Source of the DNA: Octopus sinensis
Taxonomy: Eukaryota
DNA length: 64,000 nucleotides
Direction of reading: 5' to 3'
Assembly (NCBI RefSeq): GCF_006345805.1
Contig: NC_042998.1
Location: 186,000,001-186,064,000 of the forward strand
This document shows positions 50,326 through 63,556 of the stretch, piece after piece. Below the pieces are notes generated by a model that was given only the letters and a program-made list of their open reading frames with translations, made no database searches and was not told the origin of the DNA. The translations under genes and the position numbers were made by a program. The stretch's first letter is position 1. Each line of letters begins with the position of its first letter.

Positions 50326-51904
50326 TATATATATGTATGTGTGTGTCTGTGTTTGTCCCTCTATCATTGCTTGACAACCGATGCTGGTGTGTTTACGTCC
50401 CCGTCATTTAGCGGTTCGGCAAAAGAGACCGATAGAATAAGTACTGGGCTTACAAAGAATAAGTCCCGGGGTCGATTGGCTCGACTAAAGGCAGTGCTCC
50501 AGCATGGCCGCAGTCAAATGACTGAAACAAGTAAAAGAGTATACCATTTAACATGGAAAATAATCTTGTGAGGATTTTGTTTGATTTTTCTTTGGTTCAT
50601 CAATGCTTATTTTACCGTTAGTTGGCAGTGTAGGCTAAACCTAATATGCTTGAAAGTTTCTATATTGGTTAGTCCCGGTAAGCTGTAATCAGGCAGAATA
50701 AATCCTGTATTTGATATGTTGAATGGTTCACTGAAAGCAAGCTTAAGTGGACTATTTAGTTATCATGCATATTGTGTTAATGACATTTCAAGGGTAATGA
50801 TATCTAGGTGACCTTGTAAATTGTGCTGCCTTGTTCCATACAATATCTATAGCTTAGTGATCACCAGATAACTTTGAATGTTGTATTTATTGCAATACTT
50901 CATTCTATATCTTTAGGTAACTGACCACTAAGTGACCTTGTATACTGTGTTGAATTAATCCATGTGATATCTTCAACTGATAATGGATAATATATTGCAT
51001 ATATAACATGTATTTTTAGATATTTACTACTAAGCAGCTAAATACTATTGTGGCTGATATTTTACCAGTCTATTTACATTTATTTAAGAGTAAGTAAAAT
51101 CCGCAATGAGTTATTCCCTCAAGTGCATGGATATATTATTTAAATGAGTGGAACCCATTCATGGCTGAAAAATATAGATATCATTGAGCTGAGGTTGTAC
51201 AATTTAGTTAGCTGTATCAATAAATTATAGACAATGTCTCCCAGACTTGGCCGATGCTAATAAGTATATAATTAAAAATAAATTCTGTTGAACAGCAGTA
51301 TGTTTCTTTTATTCTACTTGAACTTGAAATGACCTACTTTTAAGCCAGCTAAAATTTAAAGCTTGAGGTTTCTATTTACTGTTTCATATAGACTAGTCTA
51401 CACAATTATATGATATAAAAAATAAAGAGCACTAGTAAACTTAATATAATGAGCATGGTAATGTTAATTAGTCAAGGCTGCACCTACAGTGTAGAGAGGT
51501 AAACATTGTTGAACAATGTTTAATTCAACCAAATAACAACAAGGGAAACAAATCAAAGAAATTCTTCTTGTTTTATGAAATGTGTTCATGTACCAAAGTC
51601 CCAGTTAATTAAAATTATAAAAGTTCAATGCAGTGCGGGAGAAAGACAGGAACAACTCCATACATGTTTCTGTCTTATTACACCTCTTCAATGAAATAGT
51701 TATTCATGCTGCTGTCAGATTGATGGAGGTAAGAAATATATGTATATAAGAGTATGTAGAAAAACTGATGTGACAATGCAAAGCTTGAACAAAGACCTGT
51801 TAAATGTTCAATGCATAAAGTATTTGGACATAAAAACAACGCATTGTCGTTATACAATCAAGCTGTCTTATCTGGATTAGATATCATAGGCATTAACTGA
51901 TAAA

Positions 51905-52170
51905 TCATCATCATCATCGTTTAACGTCCGTTTTCCGCGCTAGCATGGGTTGGACGGTTTGACCAAGGTCTGGGAAGCCAGGCGCTGCACCAGGCTCCAG
52001 TCTGATCTGGCAGAGTTTCTACAGCTGGATGCCCTTCCTAACGCCAACCACTCTGCGAGTGTAGTGGGTGCTTTTTACGTACCACCTGCACAGGTGCCAG
52101 GGGGGTCCGGCATCGGCCACGAATGGTCGGAGATTTTAACGTGCCACCGGCACGAAAGCCAGCCAAGGCG
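51905..52170 (-). mobile_element. RTE 3' end
   Basis: (CAT)n plus RTE terminal motifs. Confidence 0.87.
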
Positions 52171-54157
52171 GCAAATGGTAGATGAAATACTCAGATAGAA
52201 GCAACTTTCATTGTTACAGACAATATGAAGGAAATTATGATATATGGTGCATGTTTTTGAAATATAAGAGAGAGGGAGCAAGAGGGCTTAGTCTAATACT
52301 AAGAAGTGGATAGAAAAGTAATTTGAGAAGACTTCAGGTAAACCTCACCTGTGTAGTGAAATGAATCTGTCCATTGAAGATCAGAACTTGTGTTATAAAA
52401 TCTAGAAGATATTTAGTGTTGAAGTATCTCCTTATACAATTTATGAGTGATAGTATACATTATTTGGGCAGTCTTTATCAAAGACACTTATGGCATAATG
52501 AAGGTCATTTAATTACTTGAAAATATGACACAGTTGCCTTAGCTATATTGTCTGGCCATGGTTTAGTATGATAGCTGTATTTATTTTTCCAGGTCTATAT
52601 AAATGAAATACAAACTTATCAACAATATTGAAATATAGAAATAATATAAAATAATATAAATGTGTGTGTGGTGTGTGTGTATCTGTATGTGATCATCCTC
52701 ATCATCATATTATTTTATGTCTGCTTTGATGCTGGCATATGTTAGATGGATCATTGCAGTCTAAATTATCTGTTATTGGAATCTACTTGATCTGAGAAAC
52801 TGAAACTTGTATACATCATCTGGTTTGATTTGTACCCTCCCTTTCATTAACCAAAGTGAAGAAGGTGCATTTTTTTCCCCTTTATTGTAGTACTAACTTT
52901 AGAAAGTTAAAAAGTCTTTGATGAGACAGGAACATAGGGAACTTATAGCCCTACACTTTCTCTGTTCATTTCCCAACCATTTAAAAAATTTTACAGAGTG
53001 TATTATATGTGGCACCAGCATTGGAGAAGTTGTCATGCTCACCAGTCCATCTAGAGGTGGCACAATTTGGCAGCTTTCTTTTGTTGCACCAGAACAGGAG
53101 GTGGGGGGGGAGAAGGTGCCTTGCATGCAGGAAATGTAGAAAGTACTTCATAACTTAAGACATGTGAACTGAGGAGGAGGAGGAGGGGTATATAAGAAAG
53201 AATGATAACAGCAGCAAAATCAGAAATGGGTGACAGGAGCATGAGTGTAAGTGCGGAAGAAGACTGAAAAACTTAGGACATGGACGTTTAATCAGGTGGC
53301 CAAGGAAGGGATTCAGAGTGAGAAAGAGTGATGGCATCAAATTGGCTGAAACGAATGGGTGGGAGGAGCAGGTGTTCTTATGTAAGAGGCAGCATCCTTT
53401 GAGGTGTAGTTTGGCAATAGCAGAGGTGGACAAAAGAGTAGGTGATGGGAGAGCAACAGAAACTGCTTCCTCATCTCCTCATACAATTTATGGAAGAAAT
53501 TGTTGGCTGGTTGTACAGAAGGATGAAGATGTTGTGTATTGGGGATTGAGATTAGAGTAGCTTAATGCAGTCAGTCTGTTATGCAAACATAGACCTATGA
53601 AGGGCTAAGGAATTAGGGTAAGTGAGATGATCTTCAGTATAGTACAGAAGGGCAAAACTAGAGTGAATTGGTTAGTTAGATAAGGATGGTCTGATACCAT
53701 CCTATGCATAGGCTCATGAAGACAGGACCTACGTATCATCATCATTATATGTCCATTTTCCATGCTGGCATGGGTTAGACATCCACTCTGATGAAGCTCC
53801 ATGTTCCAGATCAGATGTGCTATAATGATGACGAATATTATTCTTGTAATTTTCTTTGGTGGCACCAATTGACATTGGCAGCAGAAACGGCTGTAAGCAA
53901 TGTTGAAGCTTTGTATTAAAAAATATTTAACTGATGGTAGTCAATTTGTTTATTGATCAAAAGTTTTCTCCATTTTCTGCTCATTTTAAATTTGATTCCT
54001 GATAAACTCTTGTTTATTCTGTTATTGCCTGTATCCTAACTACATAGTATTCTTTCTTACCTGTGCCCAGGGTTAATATAGTTAATTTACACCGGTAGTA
54101 ATAACGGATATTCTTATCCCTTAGACAGTCACTCCAACTGCTACTTACTTATATATG

Positions 54158-54194
<37 letters not shown>

Positions 54195-54199
<5 letters not shown>

Positions 54200-55020
54200 G
54201 GAGGTTTATTCATCAGCTTTCATTAAGCAAGAATATACAAGCTCATCTCTACAATGAACTCTTACCTGAGGAATTCTCTCATCAGCTTCTACAAATTGGA
54301 ATTGGTGCCTTACCTTGAATAACACCCTGCAGCAGCATGTACTGCAATGTGGGCACATGTTGTCTACGTTGGCCAATCTTAAAGAAAAGGTATTTCCCAC
54401 ATTGCAAGACAACTTCAAAAACATAGCATGGTTCGCAGAGAGAGCTATTTTAGCACCTCGGAATGAAAGCGTTGATAAAACATCTACTTGTAGATGCTTC
54501 AACGTTTGTCTCCATTAATACTACCATTGGCAAGTATGCCACTGTTGAGTATCCAGTTGAATTTCTCAACTCTCTACAACCCACAGGACTGCCACTGCAT
54601 AAGTTGTTCCTAAAGAAAAGTGCACCTATCATGCTCTTGAGGAATTTGGACCCACCACGACTATACAATGGTACGAGATTGATTATAACTACAGTGACAA
54701 GTCATGTCCTAGAAGCAACCATAATTGCCGGTTGCCATCAAGGAGAGATTGCATACATTCCACACATACCCCTTATTCCCTCAAATGTGCCATTTCAGCA
54801 CAAGCACATCCAGTTCCCAATGCAATTGTGCTTCACTATGACAATCAATAAAGCCCAGGGTCAAACTTTAAAGATTGTGGGTCCCAATTTACAACTACCC
54901 TGCTTTTCTCAAGGACAACTATATGTCACATGCTCTTGAGTTAGCAGTGCAGATGACTTGTATATTTATTCCACCAATACTGGACTTACGCAAAAAAATA
55001 ATTTACCCAGAAACAACGTC
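54195..55020 (+). mobile_element. Helitron PIF1-like helicase C-terminal fragment
   Basis: RAILAPRNE, YPVEFLNSL, IMLLRNLDPPRLYNGTRL, FTMTINKAQGQTL and FSQGQLYV; frameshifted. Confidence 0.88.
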
Positions 55021-55169
55021 CAGCAAAGAAATAGAAAGAGAGGTAGACAGAGTGAGGTAGAGGGGATTTTAAGGCTATCTACCTCTCTATTTCTTTTCTT
55101 TTCTTTACTTTTATCAATTAACAGCCACCGCCGCTACCATTCTGTTATCGAACATTGATATGTTTGCGT

Positions 55170-55700
55170 CTTTTTCTTGAGATGTTTACTATATCAGGAC
55201 TTTAACCCACATGGATATACGCAGGATTGCACCTAAGGACTTATGCTCATGGACCTATGCAATGGATCTAAGGACTCATGCTCTGGTTTCTATAACTTTG
55301 GAAAGTTGAACTATGAACTTTTATTCTTCTTTTTTATTCTTCTCTCTCTCTCTCCATCTCCTTATTCTTTTACTCCTTTCATCTATGTTGTCACCTTATT
55401 GATATATACCATTCTCATTTTTCATATTTTCCCCCCCTATTTGTCTCTGATGATGGAATATCCCATACTCTGAGATATCTCAGAAATAGCTGTAAGATTT
55501 TGAATTTCTTCCTATAATAATATTTGCCTTGCCTTAATGTTTGATGTCCTGTTTAACTATTATATATCCGCTGCATCGGAAATCTTCAATGGCTCCATAA
55601 CTACCATCTCGGCTATAACCTTGGAGCTCCTGTAATCCATAACAGCACTTACCTAGCGTACCTAATCATTCAGATCACCTGTGAACTAAACCTCCATACT
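55170..55700 (+). mobile_element. Penelope-like terminal (pLTR) remnant
   Basis: Contains a hammerhead-like motif at 55443-55498 and is followed by a fold-back AT-rich structure. Family assignment is inferred. Confidence 0.5.
55443..55498 (+). ncRNA. Type I hammerhead motif with near-palindromic stem III
   Basis: GUCU-CUGAUGA-UGGAAUAUC...GAUAUCUCA-GAAA-UAGCUG-UA-AGAU. Confidence 0.58.
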
Positions 55701-55703
55701 TTG

Positions 55704-55734
<31 letters not shown>

Positions 55735-55865
55735 TAATAATATTAAGGAATAAATCCAAACTTACAGGGAAAAATTAGATTTAGGATTAAATCCAATTTT
55801 ACAGTATAAATATATTATATTATATTATATTAAATTAGAGATAAAACCACTATTAAGCAAATCAA

Positions 55866-55974
55866 ACAGTGAAAAACATAAGCCAATAGATAAAATTAAT
55901 TAAAAAATATAAAAGTTAAAAATAAAAAATTATTTAAATAATTTAAACTTATAAATTTTATATATATATACAAA

Positions 55975-56008
<34 letters not shown>

Positions 56009-56408
56009 CAAATATATATATATATATATTTGTATGTATGTATATTTTTATATTTATACATTATTTATTTAATTAATTTATTTATTTATTTTTTTTATGT
56101 ATTTTTTAAATATCAAAAGTATTAAAAGTTTAATAAAAGATAAAGAGTAAAACACTACGATCGTTTCATGGCTGTACCAATTCGAATAACTTTTAATACT
56201 TTTGATATTTAAAAAATATATATTAAAATAAAAAATAAATAAATAAATAAATTAATAAAATAATATATAAATATAAAAATATACATACATATATATATAT
56301 ATTTGTATATATATAAAATTCATAAGTTTAAATTATTTAAATAATTTTTTATTTTTAACTTTTATATTTTTAGATTAATTTTATGTATTGGCTTATGTTT
56401 TTCACTGT
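55866..56408. repeat. AT-rich fold-back palindrome
   Basis: Arms 55866-56130 and 56188-56408 are reverse complements apart from microsatellite length; 57-bp spacer. Confidence 0.9.
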
Positions 56409-57158
56409 CTAGGACATTGGAATCCTTTACTGCAGGTGTTACATTGTGTTTCTGGCCACATTGTCTCACTAGCTGTAGGTGATACTTTTAAGAGTGTCTT
56501 AGAAGATTATCAAGTGCAGGCTTATATCCTATTCTGGGACAGATCAAGTGTTCTTCTGCTTACTGCCATGAAATCAGAATAAATCAGCAATCCTGAAAAG
56601 CCTCTTGGAGCTTAGAAACCATATACATTTCTATGTTTAAATTCTTCACATGTAAGAGTGTGAAGGTTGGAGCTTAATTTCTATGGCTAGGGTGGAAACA
56701 ATGCGTTTTGAGATTTCAGACAACATGATAGAGAATTGAGTGTGGAATATGTTTAAAGACTGAGGGGTCACTGGAAGTAGTGAATCAGTAATTCAGAACC
56801 TAGAGTTGAGTCACTGAAAGCATAGTCCCTCCACTACAGTGTCCAAGAGCATGACAAAATTATCGAATCTATAAGGTTTAAACATGATAGGTTTTGGACA
56901 CGAGTAAAATAAAAATGAAATTAAAAACATTGCATGTGCAGATAAGGATAGAAATACAGAATGGACTAAGCAGAGCAGGAAGTAGATGGAAAGGGTCGCT
57001 GAAGAGGTCACAGATGTGTAATGAAAGATTTCCAAACAATGGACATAACATAAAATAAGAACAATAATAAATGGGTGAAGAATGAATATATATAGTTCAT
57101 GTGTTTCTTTGGCAAAAAAAAAAAAAAATTACCATCCTGAAATATAACAATAAATATA

Positions 57159-58822
57159 CAAGCTCTGTCGAAAGAGAGACTGCACTTACTAAAAAACAAA
57201 TCTATTGTTTTGCTTCCAATTTAATCAAACTTGCTGTCTTCAAAATAGTTTCTTCTACCATTGATATTCTGTTTCCAGTGCTTTTCCAGTTTTGGAACAA
57301 GTTTTCATGTGTATTCTATAGTTATAGTAAATTTTTTTCATCTGTGACTTTTTCGCAAAACAATAGCAGAAATGGCTATTGTCTGAAACCAGTGATCTTT
57401 CAGAGTGGATTTCAACTTGGAAAACAAAAAATATGTTTGCCAAGTCTGAATCCAGAGAGTAGGGTAGCTGGAGGATGAGAGCTGTTTCACATTTCATGAA
57501 AGTGTCACAGATGAGAATGATATATGAGCAGGTGAAATTTTATAGTGCATCACTACAGTTTTGTATGTCCATGCTTGAGGCCACTTAACTTCACACTGTT
57601 TGTTCTCAAATGCCTTAGGACAGCTGTAAAACTTTTTATTGATCATCTGATTACATGGAACAAACTTGTGATGATGAGCAATACTCTACCAATCTAAAAA
57701 GACAATCTATATCAGCTGCTCATTTGAGCAAATGTGATGCGTTTCTTTGGGTCACAGGAATCATTTGCCTGCCCAGTTAGATAACTTCCTCTTTGTTTCA
57801 ACATCATCAGTATACATCCATATTTTATCACTCATTAGCACTATGACCCGGCAACGCCAGGTCATAGTGCTAGTGCATGCATATACAGCTGCGTGCGCAT
57901 GCACATACACGCGAGTACTGACCAAATCTCCAACCAATCACATACAGCTAGCTGGCATTCAATTGGTGTATCAAGTTTCAGGCATTTTGATTGGGTTTTG
58001 GATAGAAAATTCACAAAAAAAGTCACTTCTATTGATTTTTTTAATGGCTTTGCCAGGTGACTGGGGAAATGTAAAGATGTGCACGACCACCTTTGGATGG
58101 TTTTGAATGACCATAGAAAGTGCGAGCTCTCTAACTGAAAAATTGTGGATTTGTATAAAGGACACACACGCAGACATTTTGCCATTTATATATATAGAGA
58201 TTATGACTTGTCACTTTTCAAGAATTCTTTGTTTTGTCATCATTTGAATGATCAAACAGCTCTGAACTAACTACATTCAGTTCTCCTGTGGTTTGTCTGT
58301 CAGCAGACATGGCACTATTTTCTGGCAACATAATATATCTTCAGTTTTTCTATTAAGATCAGGTGGCACAAATGTTTACAAAAGTTATATATTTAGAAAT
58401 TCCATGGATAGTTGGATAGCAATTTTCGCATATCTCAGCACAAACTTTTTTAATGGGATTGCCTTCAGTGTTTGTTTTAAATTTGAAATACTCACAGTAT
58501 TGTGTACAACTCAAGCAATCTTTCTCTTAAGCCTGTTGCAACATAGAAAAGTCTCTACTCATTTTTCCCAATTGAGAACAGACTTTAACACAAAGATTAT
58601 GCTTTTCCTAATCTTCTATTGTTCAACTTGCAATGAATTTCCATTTACTTTAAACTCATATTCACTTTAGTGCATGTAGATTGATGACTAATTGATGTGG
58701 TATGATGTGGCTATTATTAGTCTCAAGGTCAAAGTCTTCCATCCACGGCACTGCAATCACAAGCATGTCATACTGGTTGGTGTACTGTTTTAAGAGTTCA
58801 GTTTTTTTCTGAACAGATCTTG
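57159..58822 (-). mobile_element. mariner relic interrupted by a Helitron
   Basis: The reverse strand gives WMYTDDVETK, LPYSLD and other decayed transposase motifs on both sides of 57835-58200; weak TIRs. Confidence 0.62.
57835..58200 (-). mobile_element. Non-autonomous Helitron with a long 3' hairpin
   Basis: Minus-strand 5' TCTCTATATATATAAA, 3' CTAA, A|T insertion site, terminal hairpin 57836-57872. Confidence 0.72.
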
Positions 58823-59889
58823 AATATGCCACAGATTAAAATGTTTTACAAAACATCAAATATCGTCTGATATATAATCAAGGATGTGAAACCATTCAAT
58901 TATATCTAATAACTTTATGTATGAAACAAAAGGATTCTTTCTTTATAAGAAGGGCAGCTTATATGATGTTAGAATTGTGGTGGTATATGGAAGTGAAACA
59001 TCACCAGTGAATGAAGGCTATAACAGATCATCATCATCATTATTTGAGGAAAATCCTCAACTTATTTTGCTGGGTATGATGGAACATGTCAGCTGTCTTC
59101 AGGGAGCAGACTAAGGTGACACTTGTTTACTGATCATGCTTCAAGAACTCTGCAGAGAATTCTTACAGTTTCAAGCAATGATCATTTTTGTCAGGGCTCT
59201 ATCATTACATTTGTACCAATCTCTTTGAGCCATCTTGGTAGTTGAGTACTATGTTGAGCTGGACAGGTTTCACATCATTTTTCCACTTGTTGCAGTCCTT
59301 TGCGATATAGCTCTCATAGTAACAGGACACTGGTCAACTTCGTTCTTATTTGTGCCTTTTTTAAATTTATGGATGGAAATCATTTTTATCACCAACCACT
59401 TCATAATTTGGATTGGTTGTATTTTATCAAGCCAAGAGTACTAGAAAGGTTGCTTGCAGCAGGTCTCAAATAGTCTCTTCTACCCATTAACACATCTTGT
59501 TTGGAATTACTGCTCTTTTAGTTGGGATGGCTACAGTCCACTTTATAGAGACCTTGTCTTTTTCACATTTGACAGATATAATCTGTGTGACACAAAATAA
59601 GAGTTTTATTGACTATTGTAAATATTGATTATTTCGTACATAGTCAAGAATTATACATAAACAAGTGGACAAAGTCTTGAGACATATTGAATGGGAGCTT
59701 GGAAAATATGAAATAATACAGGAGAGTACCTGTGAAAATGAGCTGGAAATTTCACAGAAGTATGGAATTATTTCACTCTTTCTTATACAAAATTATATAA
59801 AGCATTCTATTCAGGACTAGAAAGTACTTCAGCACTGATTTGCTTCTTACTTTCTACAAATCTTTAGTATCAGCTACATCAGAGTACTG

Positions 59890-60085
59890 CCTAGACTGCA
59901 ACCCACTTCATTATTATGTGTGGGGTGCAGTTGAGTGGGAGACCAACAAAACTCCTTGTAACACACCAAAGATGAACTGAAGGCAAGAATTATGGCAGCA
60001 TTCACCATCCAGAAGAGTTACCAGAGATTCCAAAGTTGTCTGGAGGCCCTGGTTGAAGCCAATGGCGATTTTATTGAGTGAATTT
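59890..60085 (+). mobile_element. Tc1/mariner-superfamily transposase C-terminal relic
   Basis: DCNPLHYYVWGAVE...DELKARIMAAF...LEALVEANGDFIE. Confidence 0.75.
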
Positions 60086-62186
60086 ACTCTTTATTTCATG
60101 TGAGTTGATAGTCTCAATGGTAGTGACTATATTTGAAAGCATTTGTCTCTCAGTTTTGTCCTGGTACTGTTTGCCATCAATTTTGCTTTCCTTCATCTAC
60201 ATTCTTCAGCCTCATCACTCCTCTTTTTAAACTCATGTCTAACACTATGCTTTATATAATTTGGCCTAGTGGTGTGCATGTTGCTTTCTTAATCATTAGA
60301 TCATAGTTTCAGTTCCCAAATTGGGCAGTGCATTGTGATTCTGAGCGAAACACTTCATTTCATGTTGCTTCAGTCTACTCAGCTGTAGATGAGTAACCCT
60401 GCAATGGATTAGTTTCCTCTTCAGGGGGAATATCATGATCTCATTCACAGAAACTGGGTAATCGGCCTGATGTGTCTTAGAGCTCAAGAAAGAACTAAAT
60501 TTTGATATTGTGCCTCATCTCATGAACAGCCCAAGATATGTTAATTGTTTGGGTGGTACTACACTAATATCTAGACATAGACATGGTCAGTTGATTAGAA
60601 AGCTTGCTTGCAGTCATCTGGTCCCAAATTCAATCCTACTGTGTGTGATCTTGTACAAGTGTTGCTTACCATAGCCTCCAGGCAACTCAAGCCTTGTGAG
60701 TGAAATTATTTCGGTGGAATTTGTGTGGAATCTCATCTATGAACTATATTTGTAAAATGCAAAAGGCCTTCGCACAGTCACCACTTGAGAATCCCTTTTA
60801 AGTCTACAAAAGTGTGTGTGGAGTACTGAGTCACTCGCAGGATAATTCAGTAAGTTGGTAGTGCTTTGATCAAACAACTGAAATATCCTTCCAATGAAGT
60901 ATCCATTTACTATCTATGTATAGTTCTATGAGATTTTTGAAGAATACTTATAAAAAGAAGTACAGCATCATCATATTATATGCCAGCATATAAATTTGAA
61001 TCACCTATAAAATTTTGGAGGCAAACTACATCCATCTTTTATGTATCTCAGAAATAAACAATAATTCATTTTCGTTGAAACTCTGTAAAAGTTATTTTTG
61101 ATGTACTAGCATCCTACCTATGAGAATCATTTTTCATTAAGAATTATGCTGCAGGACCTGAAGATACACTGGCTTTATGAATTATAGTAATTAGTGAAAA
61201 GATTGGCTGAAAGGAAAATGTGCATCAGATAAGATCATAGCATTGTGAAACTGATACCAGTAAGGTTACGTCCTGAGAATTCTTCTAAATAAGAAAATGT
61301 CTAATTCAGAACTTGCTAGCTTTGTGGTGATCCATTATTTTACAATATGGAACTATTGGTTAAATTTCAGATGTAAATATTGGTAGGTGTATACATACTG
61401 GAATATTTCCTTCCACTTATAGAAATTATAAAGTAAATGGTGGATAAAACTATATAATCATCTTTCTGGAATTTTCTACCCAATTAACTTTCCATCTCTT
61501 TCCATATATCTTTCCATCTCTTTGCATATATCTTGATTTGCTGTTCTTTAATTTAATATCAATCAGTTGAGGATGTCAAAGAGTGGTAACATAGTTGATT
61601 TAATCTAATGTCAGTAGTATTTATTTTATTGATCCTGTCTGGAGAGTCTGCTCTATTGGGATTTGAACCTAGAAGTATGATACTCCAAACTAATTATATA
61701 CCCTCTGACTTATCTGGTTCACTTCTATTTACATCTATCATCATCATCGTCATAATCATTGTTTTATGTCTTCTTTCTATGTTGGCTTTCATTGAGTGGA
61801 TCATATTTTGGACTTACTGCTCCTCTGGGTAAGTCAGGGTTTCACATTCACTTGTACATTCTATTTTTGATATGGCTCCTATGTGGATGGCCTTTCTGGC
61901 ATGAATCCTTCAAGAATGTACAGGGTGCATTTTATCATAGCACCAACACAAGAGAAAATATCATGTCCTCAGTAAGACAGGACTAAAGGATCTTCTCAAA
62001 CTTATGTTGTCTACTCATTTACTAACCACTTTGCAGTGTGTACCGGATGACTTTTGTCATGACACCAGCACTAGTGAGGTTACTTTGTTCCTCATTGGAC
62101 AAAAGAGTCCTCATTGTTCTTGCCAATATAAATATATGAATATTAATAAAATTTCTTTTCAAATATTAGCATTATTTGCAAAAATA

Positions 62187-62618
62187 GGATCTTTTCAGTT
62201 TGAATGGCAGTTTTTTCTAGCGGTGTCATATGAAATTGTCACCCATAATTATGATCCTAGTATCGATCTATTGCATCTCAATCTATTTTAGGGTTAGGGT
62301 TAGTTAGGGCTAGGGTTAGGGGTGGGGGGAAGGGTATTTTTTTCTTCACAAATGTAAATAAACCCAATCTGTTTCTTAAACAAGGGACATTTTCATACGG
62401 CACAGAATGTTTTTTTCCTCAATTGGCATCATTGATTGGTTGAAGTTGCAGAAATTGAAGAAAAAAAACAACAAATATCTTACAAACTATAGAATTTTCT
62501 CAATAAAGCCAAGAGAAAAAGATGTTTTATAAACACATTCTACCAGTATACGAAGTTTAAAAGTGTTTAGTTATGTGGAAATTATTTTAAAAAACTGCCA
62601 TTCAAACCGAAAAGATCC
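62187..62618. mobile_element. Non-autonomous TIR element carrying TTAGGG repeats
   Basis: About 30-bp TIR GGATCTTTTCAGTTTGAATGGCAGTTTTTT; TTAGGG-like run at 62288-62321. Confidence 0.8.
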
Positions 62619-62973
62619 CAAAAATATTTAAAACAAGGGGAAATGCAACACAGATAACACAATGAGCCTAAAATCTGTTGTTGTGTAAACTTTTATAAAA
62701 TAGCAAAGAGACTTCTTCAATAATGTATGTATATGTGTGTGTATTTGTATATATCTATATGTTAACCTCACTAGTGCAGGGCCATGAAGAATGCACCCCA
62801 TACACTCTGTTTAATCGTTGGCATTAGGAATGACATCCAGGTATAGAGACCTTGTCAAAGCAGACTTTGTACCCCAACACAACCCTCTGGCTAGTTGGAT
62901 CCTGTCAAATTTTTTAACTTATGCCAGCAAAGGATTTGGATGTCAAATGATTATGATAATGATAATGATGTTG

Positions 62974-63009
<36 letters not shown>

Positions 63010-63556
63010 TTAGCAACTGAAACTGGAGTGAATATATTGCATTTTCTTTTTTTTACTTCCAACTAAAATACTTAAGAAACTATTGAAAACTGAAGAGAAG
63101 AATGGTGGATAAAACTATATAATCATCTCTCTGGAATTTTCTACCCAATTAACTTCCATCTCTTTTCATATATTACCCACTCTTTACATTCCTCTCATAG
63201 CTATGAGTATGTACGTATATTTTGCAACTAGCACACAAAAGAATTTGACATGTTCACAAAAACTGATATAATAATTAATAATCGTTTGTAATGTAGACAC
63301 AAATCTGGCAATTTTCAGTGCAAAGGGTTGATTGATTACACTGACACTAGTACAAGACCAGTACTTTATCTTATTTCTCCTGGAGGGATAAACAACAAAG
63401 ATGACTGTAGCAAGATTAGAACTCGGATTATAAATATCACAAAGATTTTTTTTTCTACAAGGCTTTAATGAGTCTGCCAATCCATTTTCATTGAAATAAT
63501 TTAGAAATTAATAAAGATACTTATAAATGTTGTAATAAGCCAGCAGGTATGGTGGT

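Larger units (their letters stand above)
49953..50540 (+). mobile_element. Bipartite SINE F-G with a PLE fragment in its microsatellite
   Basis: F at 49953-50108 and G at 50341-50540. Confidence 0.8.

Noticed and set aside
52899-53560. Cluster of 60-90 aa ORFs on both strands
   Set aside because: No recognisable motifs or splice context; probably old repeat debris.
57862-58185. 107-aa minus-strand ORF
   Set aside because: It lies within a non-autonomous Helitron and has no recognisable domain.
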